Origin: an uncultured Ideonella sp.
GTDB lineage: Bacteria > Pseudomonadota > Gammaproteobacteria > Burkholderiales > Burkholderiaceae_C
Direction of reading: 5' to 3'
DNA: 64,000 nucleotides
Assembly: GCA_966433995.1 (NCBI GenBank)
Contig: CBJNAE010000001.1
Location: 7,190 to 71,189 of the forward strand
The notes under the pieces were generated by a model that worked only from the letters and a program-made list of their open reading frames with translations, made no database searches and was not told the origin of the DNA. The position numbers and the translations under genes were made by a program. Of the stretch, positions 28,050 to 37,340 are shown piece by piece; within the stretch, counting starts at the first letter, position 1, and every line of letters begins with the position of its first letter.

Positions 28050-29285
28050 TCAGGCGGCCGCCGGCGCGGCTTGCTTCAGCGCCTCGGCGAGCAGGGCGAC
28101 GCCCTGGCCGATGCGTTCGGGGTCGACGGTGACGAAGCTCAGCCGCAGCGTGTTCTTGCGCACCGCGCCGCCGGCGAAGAAGGGCTCGCCCGGCACGAAG
28201 GCCATGCCGCGTTCGACGGCGAGCGGCAGCAGGGCCATCGCGTCGACGCCCTCCGGCAGGCTCACCCAGAAGAACATGCCGCCGGTGGGCACCGTCCAGC
28301 GGCAGCCGGGCGGCAGGTGCGCCTCCAGCGCGGCGCGCATCGCGTCGCGGCGTTGCTTGTACAGCGCGCGGATCGTCGGCACGTGCTCGTCGAGGAAGCC
28401 GTCGCGGATGACTTCGTGCACCACGCGCTGGTTGAAACCGGGGGTGTGCAGGTCTGCCGCCTGCTTGGCCTGCAGCAGTTTGGGCATCAAGGCCGGCGGG
28501 GCGATCACGTAGCCCAGCCGCATGCCGGGCGCCAGCACCTTCGAGAAGGAGCCGAGGTAGATCGAACCCTCGGCCCAGCGCGAGGCCAGCGGCGCGGGCG
28601 GAGCCTGGTCGAACCAGAGGTCGCCGTAGGGGTTGTCCTCGACCAGCGGCAGGCCGGTCTCGCGCGCCTTCTCGACGATGGCGTCGCGGCGCGCGGCGCT
28701 CAGGCAGCGGCCGCTCGGGTTCTGGAAATTCGGGATCACGTAAAGGAAGCGCGCGCCCTTGACCTCGCCCAGGGACGCGGGCAGCGGGCCCTCGTCGTCG
28801 CAGGCGACCGGCACGAACTCGGGCTCATAGGGCGCGAAGGCCTGCAGCGCGCCGAGGTAGGTCGGCGTTTCGACCGCCACGCGGCTGCCGGCGTCGACCA
28901 GCACCTTGCCGACCAGGTCCAGGCCCTGCTGCGAGCCGGTGGTGATCAGCACCTGGGAAGGGTCCAGGCCGGCCAAACCCTGGGCCGCCATGTGGGCGGC
29001 GACCCATTCGCGCAGCGGCAGGTAACCCTCGCTGGCGGCGTATTGCAGCGCCTCGCGCGGCGTGTCGCGCAGCACGCGCTCGGCGGCGTCGCGCACCGGC
29101 TGCACCGGGAAGCTGTCGGGCGACGGCAGGCCCCCGGCCAGCGAGATGATGCCGGGCCGCTCGGTGACTTTGAGGATCTCGCGGATGATCGACGGGTTCA
29201 TCCGCGCGGCGCGGTGCGCCTGGGTGAAGGGGCTGGACGGCATGGAAGGGGTTCCGGTGGTGGTGTGGGCTGGGGCTTCGCTCAT
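28050..29285 (-). CDS. PLP-dependent aminotransferase, class I/II (2-aminoadipate/aromatic aminotransferase-like; no DNA-binding domain)
   Basis: MNPSIIREILKVTERPGIISLAGGLPSPDSFP...YAASEGYLPLREW...PNFQNPSG...SFSKVLAPGMRLGY (PLP-lysine context). The start is taken at ATG 29285, which overlaps the cupin stop. Confidence 0.85.
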   Translation of the reverse strand: MSEAPAHTTTGTPSMPSSPFTQAHRAARMNPSIIREILKVTERPGIISLAGGLPSPDSFPVQPVRDAAERVLRDTPREALQYAASEGYLPLREWVAAHMAAQGLAGLDPSQVLITTGSQQGLDLVGKVLVDAGSRVAVETPTYLGALQAFAPYEPEFVPVACDDEGPLPASLGEVKGARFLYVIPNFQNPSGRCLSAARRDAIVEKARETGLPLVEDNPYGDLWFDQAPPAPLASRWAEGSIYLGSFSKVLAPGMRLGYVIAPPALMPKLLQAKQAADLHTPGFNQRVVHEVIRDGFLDEHVPTIRALYKQRRDAMRAALEAHLPPGCRWTVPTGGMFFWVSLPEGVDAMALLPLAVERGMAFVPGEPFFAGGAVRKNTLRLSFVTVDPERIGQGVALLAEALKQAAPAAA

Positions 29286-29719
29286 GGCAATTCGCTCGCT
29301 GGTTTCGGCGCTTGTGGCGCCTGGGGTGGAAGGGTGGGGTCGGATCGGCCGCCGGCCGGGGCGCCGCGGCTTTCGCCGCCCTGGGGGCCGTAGAAGACCA
29401 CCCAGGTCATGAAGTCCGGGCTGAAGCGGGTGAAGCGGTGCTCCACGCCCGCCGGCACGAACAGGCAGTCGCCGGGGCCGAAGGGGGTGAGTATGTCGCC
29501 GCAGGCGAATTCGCCGTGGCCGGCGGCGACGATGTAGAGCTCGTCCTGGGTGTGGGGCGTCTGCAGGTCCGCGCCTTCGGGCCGGTACAGCTCGACGGTC
29601 ATGCTTCCGTGCGCCAGCATTTGGACGAAGGGCGCGCCCGCCGGATAGCGCGCGGTCGCGGCCCCGGGCAGAGCCTGGACGGCGTCTTGCAGGCGCGCCT
29701 GCCCGCCTGGCTCCTTCAT
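29282..29719 (-). CDS. cupin-domain protein
   Basis: TPHTQDELYIVAAGHGEFACGD...GDCLFVPAGVEHRF has the two-motif cupin pattern. It shares 4-nt overlaps with both neighbours. Confidence 0.75.
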   Translation of the reverse strand: MKEPGGQARLQDAVQALPGAATARYPAGAPFVQMLAHGSMTVELYRPEGADLQTPHTQDELYIVAAGHGEFACGDILTPFGPGDCLFVPAGVEHRFTRFSPDFMTWVVFYGPQGGESRGAPAGGRSDPTLPPQAPQAPKPASELP

Positions 29720-30342
29720 GGCGCACCCACCGCGGCCGGGGCTTGCAACAGCGGCAGCAGCGACGCCACCAGCAGCAGCGCCATCGCCCAGTTGAAGGCG
29801 CGCAGCACGCGCGGGCTGCGCAAGTGCTCGCGCATGCCGCTGCCGAACACGGCCCACACGCCGATGCTGGGTGCGCCGACCAGCGCGAAGAGCACGGAGA
29901 CCGCGACCACCGCCCAGGCGCCGTAGCCCGGCGCCAGGTAGCTGCTGAACACGCCCACCGCCATCACCCAGGCTTTCGGGTTGACCCACTGGAACGCGGC
30001 GGCGGCCCAGAAGCCCATCGGGCGCGGCCCGGCCGCGGCGCCGGACTCGCCCGGCGGGCCGGAGCGCACCATGCCCCAGGCCAGGTAGAGCATGTAGGCC
30101 ACGCCCAGCCATTTCATGACGGCGTAGACCGCCGGGTAGCGCCCGAAGACGGCGCCCAGTCCCAGGCCCACCGCCACCAGCATCACCAGGAAGCCGACGG
30201 TGATGCCGGCCATGTGCGGCAGCGTGGCCCGCACGCCGTGGTTCACGCCCGAGGCCAGCAGCATCAGGTTGTTGGGGCCGGGGGTGACTGAAGTCACCAG
30301 CGCGAACAGCGCGATCGCGAGCAGGGTGTCGGGTGTCGGCAT
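29716..30342 (-). CDS. LysE/RhtB-family amino acid exporter
   Basis: LLAIALFALVTSVTPGPNNLMLLASGVNHG is the LysE-family N-terminal signature, with 6 TM segments. Confidence 0.88.
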   Translation of the reverse strand: MPTPDTLLAIALFALVTSVTPGPNNLMLLASGVNHGVRATLPHMAGITVGFLVMLVAVGLGLGAVFGRYPAVYAVMKWLGVAYMLYLAWGMVRSGPPGESGAAAGPRPMGFWAAAAFQWVNPKAWVMAVGVFSSYLAPGYGAWAVVAVSVLFALVGAPSIGVWAVFGSGMREHLRSPRVLRAFNWAMALLLVASLLPLLQAPAAVGAP

Positions 30343-30364
30343 GGGGCTCGTCCTTTCGAATCCT

Positions 30365-31321
30365 TCAGCGGCGCACCGGCATTTTCTTGCCGGCGAACAC
30401 CGTGGCGATGACCGCCAGCGAGAAACCCACCGTCGCCGTGTCCAGCGATTCGCCCAGGATGGGGACCGCGAACAGCAGCGCCAGGAAGGGTTGCACCAGT
30501 TGCACCTGGCTGACGCGCACCGTGCCGCCCAGCGCCAGGCCGCGGTACCAGGCGAAGAAGCCCAGCCACATCGAGAACACGGTGACGTAGGCGAACCCGC
30601 CCCAGGCGGCCCAGCGCACCGGTTGGGCCGACAGGTCGGGCCAGGCCGCCCACATCGCCGGCGCCGTGAAAGGCAGGCTGCCGACCAGCACCCAGCAGAT
30701 CACCTGTTCGGCGGGCATTTCGGCGGACACGCGCGCGCCGGCCACATAGGCGATGGCGCCGCTGGCGACCGACAGCAGCAGCAAGCCGTCGGCCGCATGC
30801 AGCCGCCCGCCGCCCTGCCAGGCGGCGAAGCCGATGACCAGCGCGCAGCCGAGCCCCGCGCAGAACCAGAAACCGTTGGATGGCCGCTGGCGGAAATACA
30901 AGGCGGCCGCCAGCGCCGTGCCCAGCGGCAGCACGCCGGTGACGACGGCGGCGTGCGTCGCCTCCACCTGGCGCAGTGCCAAGGCCAGGAAGAGCGGGAA
31001 ACCCAGGACCGAGCCGGCCGCAGAGACCGCCAGCGCGCCCCAGTGCCGGCGCGCCGGCACTGGGGCACCGGTGAAGACCAGGTAAACGATGCTCAACAGC
31101 CCGGCCAACGCCGCCCGGCCCGCCGTGACGAAGAACGGCGGCAACTGCGGATCGCCTGCGGCTCCCACGGCCAACCGCGTCATCGGCAACGTGAAAGCGA
31201 AGATCACCACGCCGAGCAGGCCCAGCCACAGGCCCCGGTTTTCCCGCTGCCGGTGCGCCAGCGGCGTTTCCGCGGCCGGCGCGGACGACAAGGGGAGGCG
31301 GTGGGCTTCTTGGGCGGGCAT
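30365..31321 (-). CDS. DMT-superfamily (EamA-type) transporter
   Basis: 10 hydrophobic segments and two EamA-like halves. It is divergent from a MocR regulator. Confidence 0.8.
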   Translation of the reverse strand: MPAQEAHRLPLSSAPAAETPLAHRQRENRGLWLGLLGVVIFAFTLPMTRLAVGAAGDPQLPPFFVTAGRAALAGLLSIVYLVFTGAPVPARRHWGALAVSAAGSVLGFPLFLALALRQVEATHAAVVTGVLPLGTALAAALYFRQRPSNGFWFCAGLGCALVIGFAAWQGGGRLHAADGLLLLSVASGAIAYVAGARVSAEMPAEQVICWVLVGSLPFTAPAMWAAWPDLSAQPVRWAAWGGFAYVTVFSMWLGFFAWYRGLALGGTVRVSQVQLVQPFLALLFAVPILGESLDTATVGFSLAVIATVFAGKKMPVRR

Positions 31322-31439
31322 GGCAAACAGTTTAGTGTCGGCACCAGCACAGCAGCAGTACACTTTCTGCGTACATCTGCTGAACTGTATTGGTCACGCC
31401 AGGCGCACACGGCGTCCTGGCCCAAGGAGCCGAGACGAC

Positions 31440-32957
31440 ATGCCCACCCCTCCTCTCGCCGCCGCCAAACCCCGCGCCATCGCGCCCGCGGCCCAGGCGC
31501 CGCACCCGCCTCCGCTGTCCCGGCGCGCCGACACCACGCTGACCGAACAACTGGCGCTGCGCTTCGGCGAACACATCCGCCAGCGCCTGATGCCGCCCGG
31601 CAGCCGCCTGCCCTCGGTGCGCGAATGCGCCAAGCGCCACCAGGTGAGCACCAGCACCGTGGTGGCCGCCTATGACCTGCTGCTGGCCCAGGGCCTGGTG
31701 GAGGCGCGCAAGCAACGCGGTTTCTTCGTGCGCGAGACCCGGCCCGCGGCCGCGGCGGGCAGGCCGCACGCGGCGGCCCGCGCGCTGGAAAAAGCGCCGG
31801 ACCAGGCGCCCGTGTTGCGCCCGCCGGTCAGCGCCACCACGCTGATGCGCGGCATGTTCCAGCCGCCCGGCAGCCTGCCCACGCCGGGCCTGGGCACGCT
31901 GCCGGTGGATTGGCTCGACCTGCCGATCCTCAGCGGCGCGCTCAAGCGCGTGAGCAGCGGCGCGCTGCTCGGGCCGCTGTCCCTGCAATACGGCGAGCCG
32001 GCCGGCGACCTGCGGCTGCGGCGGGCGCTGTGCCACAAGCTGCTGGACCACGGCATCCATGCCGAGCCCGGGCAGCTCATCACCACCCTGGGCGCGACCC
32101 ATGCACTGGACGTCATCACCCGCACCCTGCTGCGCGCGGGCGACACGGTGCTGGTGGACGAGCCCGGCTGGCCGGTGGAGTTCGCCCGGCTGGCGGCGCT
32201 CGGCCTGCGGGTGCTGCCGGTGCCGCGCGGCGAAGCCGGGCCCGACCTGGCGGTGATGCGCCAGTTGATCGAGGCCCAGGCGCCGCAGGACAAGCCGCGC
32301 CTGTACATCACCGTCTCGGTGCTGCACAACCCCACCGGCGCCTGCCTCGGCCTGCAGGCCGCGCACCAGGTCCTGCAGCTGGCGGCCGAGCACCAGTTCC
32401 ACATTCTCGAAGACGACAGCTACTGCTACCTCGCGCCCGGCCACCTGCCCCGGCTTTCTGCGCTGGACGGGCTGCGGCGCACGATCTACGTGTCCGGTTT
32501 CTCGAAGATCCTCGTGCCCAATTGGCGCGTCGGCTATATCGCGGCGCCCGACGCGCTGGTCGACCGCCTGATCGACACCAAGCTGCTGGGCACGCTGACC
32601 ACCCCCTCGCTGACGGAGCAGGCCCTGGCTCACTGCCTGGAACAGGGCTGGCTGCGCCGCCACGCCGACCGCGTCAACCAGCGGCTGGACGCCGCCCGCA
32701 GCCGCACCGCCAAGCTCGCCCAGGCGCATGGTTGCGTTTTCCGCGCCACGCCGCGCGGCCTGTTCGGCTGGGTGGACGCCGGCGTGGACACCGAACGCCT
32801 GGCGCAGACCATGGTGGACGAAGGCTGGCTGCTCGCGCCGGGCAGCCTCTTCCACGCCAACCACCGGCCGACGACGCTGATGCGCATCAACTTCAGCACC
32901 ACCCAGGAAGCGCGCTTCTGGGAGGCGCTGGGCCGCGCCCGCGACCGGGTTGCTTGA
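31440..32957 (+). CDS. MocR/PdxR-type regulator (GntR wHTH fused to an aminotransferase-like domain)
   Basis: LPSVRECAKRHQVSTSTVVAAYDLLLAQGLVEARKQRGFFV (GntR HTH), then a fold-type I aminotransferase-like body with SGFSKILVPNWRVGY (PLP-lysine context). Confidence 0.88.
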   Translation: MPTPPLAAAKPRAIAPAAQAPHPPPLSRRADTTLTEQLALRFGEHIRQRLMPPGSRLPSVRECAKRHQVSTSTVVAAYDLLLAQGLVEARKQRGFFVRETRPAAAAGRPHAAARALEKAPDQAPVLRPPVSATTLMRGMFQPPGSLPTPGLGTLPVDWLDLPILSGALKRVSSGALLGPLSLQYGEPAGDLRLRRALCHKLLDHGIHAEPGQLITTLGATHALDVITRTLLRAGDTVLVDEPGWPVEFARLAALGLRVLPVPRGEAGPDLAVMRQLIEAQAPQDKPRLYITVSVLHNPTGACLGLQAAHQVLQLAAEHQFHILEDDSYCYLAPGHLPRLSALDGLRRTIYVSGFSKILVPNWRVGYIAAPDALVDRLIDTKLLGTLTTPSLTEQALAHCLEQGWLRRHADRVNQRLDAARSRTAKLAQAHGCVFRATPRGLFGWVDAGVDTERLAQTMVDEGWLLAPGSLFHANHRPTTLMRINFSTTQEARFWEALGRARDRVA

Positions 32958-32964
32958 GTGGCGC

Positions 32965-32984
32965 GGCCCGCCAGAAGGCGGGCC
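32965..32984 (+). terminator. GC hairpin after the MocR-type gene (possible terminator; no U-tract)
   Basis: GGCCCGCC-AGAA-GGCGGGCC, starting 8 nt after the stop codon. Confidence 0.3.
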
Positions 32985-33055
32985 GCCCACGCTGGGCGAC
33001 AATCCCGGGTTTGCACATCTTCCGCCGCGGCCAGGAGGCCGCCCGCGCAGAACCC

Positions 33056-34213
33056 ATGGCCCGCCCGCCCCCATCCCCGCCCAACGCCGGACCAGCCTCC
33101 TTCCCCGCCATCGACCTGCTGCGCGCGTTGGCCGCGATGCTGGTGCTGGTCTACCACGTCCTCGTGCTGGGCAACTGGCCCAACGCGCCGCAGGGCGGCG
33201 TGTGGATGGCTTTCCAGCGCGGCTGGGTCGGGGTCGACCTGTTCTTTGTGATCAGCGGCTTCGTCATCGCCTGGTCGGCGCTGAACGGGCACGCGGCCCA
33301 AGGCCCGGCCTTCCGGAAAGAATTCGCGCGGCGCCGTCTGCGGCGCATCGTGCCCCTCTATTACTTCACCACCCTGATCTTCCTCTTCCTGGTGCAACCG
33401 GCGCTGCTGCTGATCCCGGCCGGCGCCATGGTGGTCCACCTCGGCAGCCACCTCCTGTTCCTGCACAACCTGCATCCTGGCACCTTCGGCTCGATCAATG
33501 GGGTGGCCTGGTCGGTGGGGCTGGAGGTGCAGTTCTACCTGCTGATGCTGCTCATCACGCCCCGGCTGGCCCGGGCCGGCGCCGCCAGGGCGCTGGCGGC
33601 CGCGGCCCTGCTGGCCCTGGCCTACCGCTATGCCACCACCTTGCTGCTGGTGCCCGGGCTGCCCGAGACCAGCGTGCACGAACAGATGGTGGCCGTCACC
33701 CAGCTGCCGGGCGTGATCGACCAGTTCGCCTGCGGCATCTTCCTGGCCATGGCCCTGCACCGCAAGGAAGGCGCCGCCTACCGGTGGCTCACCGCGGGCT
33801 GGCGCAACTTCGTTTTCTGGCTCGTGCTGGCCGGCCTCTTCCTCGGGGCCGCGCTGAAGCTGCACCTCACCTATACCTATTGGGCCAGCCAGGCGATGAT
33901 CGTCTTCTGGCGGCCGGTGCTCACCCTGGGGATGGCCTGCCTGGTCGCCGCAGCGGTCACCTTCCCCTGGGCGTCGGCCCGGCTGCTGGCGCCCCTGCGC
34001 TACCTCGGCGAGATCAGCTACGGGATCTACCTTTGGCACCTGCTGATCCTGCACGTGCTCAAGACCCACGTCACGGCGATCCAGGGCCCGGCCCTGCTGG
34101 GCTACGTCGTGGCCTGCACGCTGGTGCTGTCCGCCTTCTCCTGGCACGCTTTCGAAAAACCCTGGATCCGCCGGCCCCGGCCTCAAACCACGCCGTGCCG
34201 CGACAACACTTAG
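33056..34213 (+). CDS. acyltransferase family 3 (OafA/NolL-like) membrane protein
   Basis: FPAIDLLRALAAMLVLVYHV...GWVGVDLFFVISGFVI...RRIVPLYY...ISYGIYLWH are canonical acyltransferase_3 motifs. The upstream part of the track ORF overlaps the MocR gene in another frame. Confidence 0.85.
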   Translation: MARPPPSPPNAGPASFPAIDLLRALAAMLVLVYHVLVLGNWPNAPQGGVWMAFQRGWVGVDLFFVISGFVIAWSALNGHAAQGPAFRKEFARRRLRRIVPLYYFTTLIFLFLVQPALLLIPAGAMVVHLGSHLLFLHNLHPGTFGSINGVAWSVGLEVQFYLLMLLITPRLARAGAARALAAAALLALAYRYATTLLLVPGLPETSVHEQMVAVTQLPGVIDQFACGIFLAMALHRKEGAAYRWLTAGWRNFVFWLVLAGLFLGAALKLHLTYTYWASQAMIVFWRPVLTLGMACLVAAAVTFPWASARLLAPLRYLGEISYGIYLWHLLILHVLKTHVTAIQGPALLGYVVACTLVLSAFSWHAFEKPWIRRPRPQTTPCRDNT

Positions 34214-34223
34214 CCGACACCCG

Positions 34224-35765
34224 ATGACCACGACCTCGCCCGACAAGCCCCGCTGGTGGTGGCACCTTTTCCTGGCCGGCCTGGTGCTGCTGGGCTGTGG
34301 ATTGCGTTTCCACGACCTCGGCAAAAAGAGCTTCTGGTCGGACGAGCTCTTCACACTGGGCATGGCCATATACCGGCCCCTCGTGCCGGACGCGGGGCAG
34401 CCCTGGTTCCGGCCGACTTCGATTTTCCAGCTGCAGGACGGCGACAGCTTCCTGACGAGCAAGGCGGCCGAACAGCATCCGCCGCTGCAGGACTTGCTGG
34501 AAAAAGGCAGCGTCCACTTGCTGGGCGTATCCGAATTCGCCGCGCGGCTGCCCGGCGCCCTGGCCGGCTGCGCGCTGCTGTTGTGGTTCGCGGTCTTCGC
34601 GGCCCGGCGGTCCGATCCGACGGAGCGCCGCGTCACCGCCTGGGCCTTGCTGCTGCTGACCTTGTCGCCGGCCCTGGTCGTCTATGCGCAGGACGCGCGT
34701 GCCTACAGCCTGGGCACGGCGCTGACCGGCATGGGCTCGCTGCTGTGGGCGCTGCGCTGGCGCCGCGGCTGGCGCGGGCTCGAACCGCCCTCATGGACCG
34801 AGATCCTGCTGTTCCTGCTCGCCTGCTATTCGCATTACAACGCGGCCGCGCTGGTGGCGGTGCTGATGGCCGCCGATTTCTTCGCAGCTTTGAAGAACCG
34901 CAGCCTGCGCAGCCTCGCCCGGCTCGCCACCCTGACCGCCGCCTTCGGCGTCTGGGTGGCCGTGAGCGCGCACACCATCAAGGCCACCAGCAACGGCGCC
35001 GTGGCCTGGGGGCAGTTCTCGAACCTGCACTTCGCGGTGTCCACGGTGGAGGGCGCCATCGCGGTCATGCACGCCCCCTGGCTGCTGGGGGGGTTGATCC
35101 TGGGCTGCGGGACGCTGGCCTGGCGCCGGCTGCGCCTGGCACCCGGCGAGGCCCCGTGGCCGGACTGGGCGGTGCAGTTGCTGGCGCTGTCCAACCTGGT
35201 CCTGCTTTACCTGCTGCTGGCCGGCGGCATCGTGGCCAAGGCCGGCATGACCCACGCGCGCTTCTACATCTTCGCCGTCCCGCTCTTCGCGCTGGCCTGC
35301 GGCGTGCTGCTGGACCGGCTGCGGCACCGGTGGGCCATCGCGGCCGCCGGTGCCTTCGTGGCGGCCTGCGCCTGGCCCGCGTTCTATTCGGACCGGCTCG
35401 GCACCTACGAGGACTACCGCAACGCCGCGTACGTGGCGCTGCGCGACTTCAAGGCCGACAGCAAATTCCTTTACCCGTGGCAGCCCAACCGCGACCTGTA
35501 CCGCATCTACCTGGAACCCTGGTTCAAGGAGGACATCCGGCCCCGCATGATCGGCGTGGCCCCCGCTTCGCCGGATGAAGTCTGCAAACAACTCGCCGGC
35601 ACGCCCCATGTGGCGGTGCTCGGTCATTCGGCCGGCAGATCGCTGGTCGAGGGCGTTTACGCCGCCTGCGGTTCGCAGTGGCCCTACCGGGAAAAGCACG
35701 AGCACTACAGCACCTTCTCCGAACACTGGCGCACCGCGCCGCCCGCGACCGCGGCGACCCCATGA
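34224..35765 (+). CDS. GT-C fold glycosyltransferase (family 39 / ArnT-PMT_2-like), paralog 1
   Basis: LRFHDLGKKSFWSDELFTLGMA...AAEQHPPLQDLLEK...ARLPGALAG, with many TM segments. The DE motif in the first periplasmic loop is typical of ArnT/PMT-like enzymes. Confidence 0.75.
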   Translation: MTTTSPDKPRWWWHLFLAGLVLLGCGLRFHDLGKKSFWSDELFTLGMAIYRPLVPDAGQPWFRPTSIFQLQDGDSFLTSKAAEQHPPLQDLLEKGSVHLLGVSEFAARLPGALAGCALLLWFAVFAARRSDPTERRVTAWALLLLTLSPALVVYAQDARAYSLGTALTGMGSLLWALRWRRGWRGLEPPSWTEILLFLLACYSHYNAAALVAVLMAADFFAALKNRSLRSLARLATLTAAFGVWVAVSAHTIKATSNGAVAWGQFSNLHFAVSTVEGAIAVMHAPWLLGGLILGCGTLAWRRLRLAPGEAPWPDWAVQLLALSNLVLLYLLLAGGIVAKAGMTHARFYIFAVPLFALACGVLLDRLRHRWAIAAAGAFVAACAWPAFYSDRLGTYEDYRNAAYVALRDFKADSKFLYPWQPNRDLYRIYLEPWFKEDIRPRMIGVAPASPDEVCKQLAGTPHVAVLGHSAGRSLVEGVYAACGSQWPYREKHEHYSTFSEHWRTAPPATAATP

Positions 35766-37306
35766 CCCTGCCGAACAGCCTTTCCCGCTGGCGCTTCCAT
35801 TTTTTCCTGGCCTGCCTGGCGCTGCTGGGCTGCGCCATGCGGTTCCACGACATCGGCAAGAGGAGCCTGTGGTCCGACGAGTTGTTCACCCTGGGCATGG
35901 CGCTGTACCACCCGCTGGTTCCCGAGGCCGGGCAGCCTTGGTACCGGCCGGCTTCGATCTTCCAATCCCGCGACGGCGACACCTTTTGGACGGCCAAAGC
36001 CGCCGAGCAGCATCCGCCGCTGCAGGACTTGCTGGAGAAAGCCAGCATCGAGCTCCTGGGTGTCTCCGAGTTTGCGGCCCGGCTGCCCGGCGCCTTGGCC
36101 GGCTGCGTGCTGCTGGCGTGGTTCGCCGCCTTCGCGGCGCGCCGCGAAGACCCGCGGGAACGCCGCGCCCTGACCTGGGCGCTGCTGCTGCTCGCCCTGT
36201 CGCCCGCATTGGTCGCCTACGCGCAGGAGGCCCGCTCCTACAGCCTCGGCGCGTCGCTGGCGGGCATGGGCGGGTTGCTGTGGATGCTGCGCTGGCGGGA
36301 CGGCTGGCGCAAGGCTGCGCCACCATCGTGGGGCGAGGTCGCCTTGATGGCCCTGGCCTGCTATTCGCACTACAACGCCGCGGCCCTCGTCGCCTTGATG
36401 ATGGCGGCCGACTTCGCGGCGGCCTGCGCCAGGCGCGATGGGACGACCCTGGCGCGCCTGGCGGCGCTGACCGCCGCCTTCGTACCCTGGCTGGCGCTGA
36501 GCGCCGAGACCATCCTGGCCACCAGCCAGGGCCTGGTCGCCTGGGGCAGCCTGTCCGCGCTGGAATACGCCGGCGCCACCGTGGCGGGCGCGTCCACCGT
36601 GCTGCACCGGCCCTGGTTGGCCGCGTGGGCCGCCGCCGGCGCGGCGCTGCTGGCGTGGCACGCTTGGCGCCGCCGCGGGCCGGCGCGGGACGGCTGGCCG
36701 CAGTGGCTGGTCCAGGCGCTGGCGCTGTCCAACCTGCTCCTGCTTTACCTGGTGCTGGCCGGTTTCATCGCCGCCAAGGCCGGCATGGCCCATGCGCGCT
36801 TCTACATCTTCGCGGTGCCCGTGTTCGCCGCGGCCTGCGGCCTGCTGCTGTCGCAGCTGCGCCACCGGCTCTCGGCCGCCGCGGCCGCCGCGCTCGTGGC
36901 GGCCAGCGCGTGGCCCGGATCCTATCCAGCGGAATTCGACAGCAATCAGGACTATCGCGGTGCCTCCCAGGCCGCGCTACGCGGCTTCGGCGAGGGGGGC
37001 AAAATCCTGTATCCCTGGCAGCCCAACCGGGACCTGTACCGCGTCTATGCCGAGTCCCTGCTGGGCCGCGATGTCCGGCCGCGCATGGTCGGTGTCGGCC
37101 CCGCGTCTGCTAAAGAAGCCTGCGCCGGGTTGGCCGGCGCGACGCAGGTGGCGGTCATGGGCCACGACTTCGGCAGGGATCTAATCCAGGAGGTTTACGC
37201 CACCTGCGGCTCGCGATGGCCGCTGCGCGAGCGTCACGCCTTGCACAACACCTTCGCCGAATTGTGGCGGACCGGGCCGCACGCACCGCAAGCCGGCATG
37301 CCCTGA
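35762..37306 (+). CDS. GT-C fold glycosyltransferase (family 39 / ArnT-PMT_2-like), paralog 2 (tandem duplicate)
   Basis: MRFHDIGKRSLWSDELFTLGMA...AAEQHPPLQDLLEK. It is collinear with paralog 1 along its whole length. ATG 35762 overlaps the stop of paralog 1 (ATGA). Confidence 0.75.
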   Translation: MTLPNSLSRWRFHFFLACLALLGCAMRFHDIGKRSLWSDELFTLGMALYHPLVPEAGQPWYRPASIFQSRDGDTFWTAKAAEQHPPLQDLLEKASIELLGVSEFAARLPGALAGCVLLAWFAAFAARREDPRERRALTWALLLLALSPALVAYAQEARSYSLGASLAGMGGLLWMLRWRDGWRKAAPPSWGEVALMALACYSHYNAAALVALMMAADFAAACARRDGTTLARLAALTAAFVPWLALSAETILATSQGLVAWGSLSALEYAGATVAGASTVLHRPWLAAWAAAGAALLAWHAWRRRGPARDGWPQWLVQALALSNLLLLYLVLAGFIAAKAGMAHARFYIFAVPVFAAACGLLLSQLRHRLSAAAAAALVAASAWPGSYPAEFDSNQDYRGASQAALRGFGEGGKILYPWQPNRDLYRVYAESLLGRDVRPRMVGVGPASAKEACAGLAGATQVAVMGHDFGRDLIQEVYATCGSRWPLRERHALHNTFAELWRTGPHAPQAGMP

Positions 37307-37340
37307 CGGGCCAGCCACCAACCCAGACCAGTACACACGA

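Noticed and set aside
31910-33055. Upstream extension making the acyltransferase_3 gene a 767-aa protein
   Set aside because: The extension overlaps the MocR regulator gene in another frame and is Arg/Ala/Pro-rich. The recognisable acyltransferase_3 N-terminus, FPAIDLLRALAAMLVLVYH, starts just after ATG 33056.
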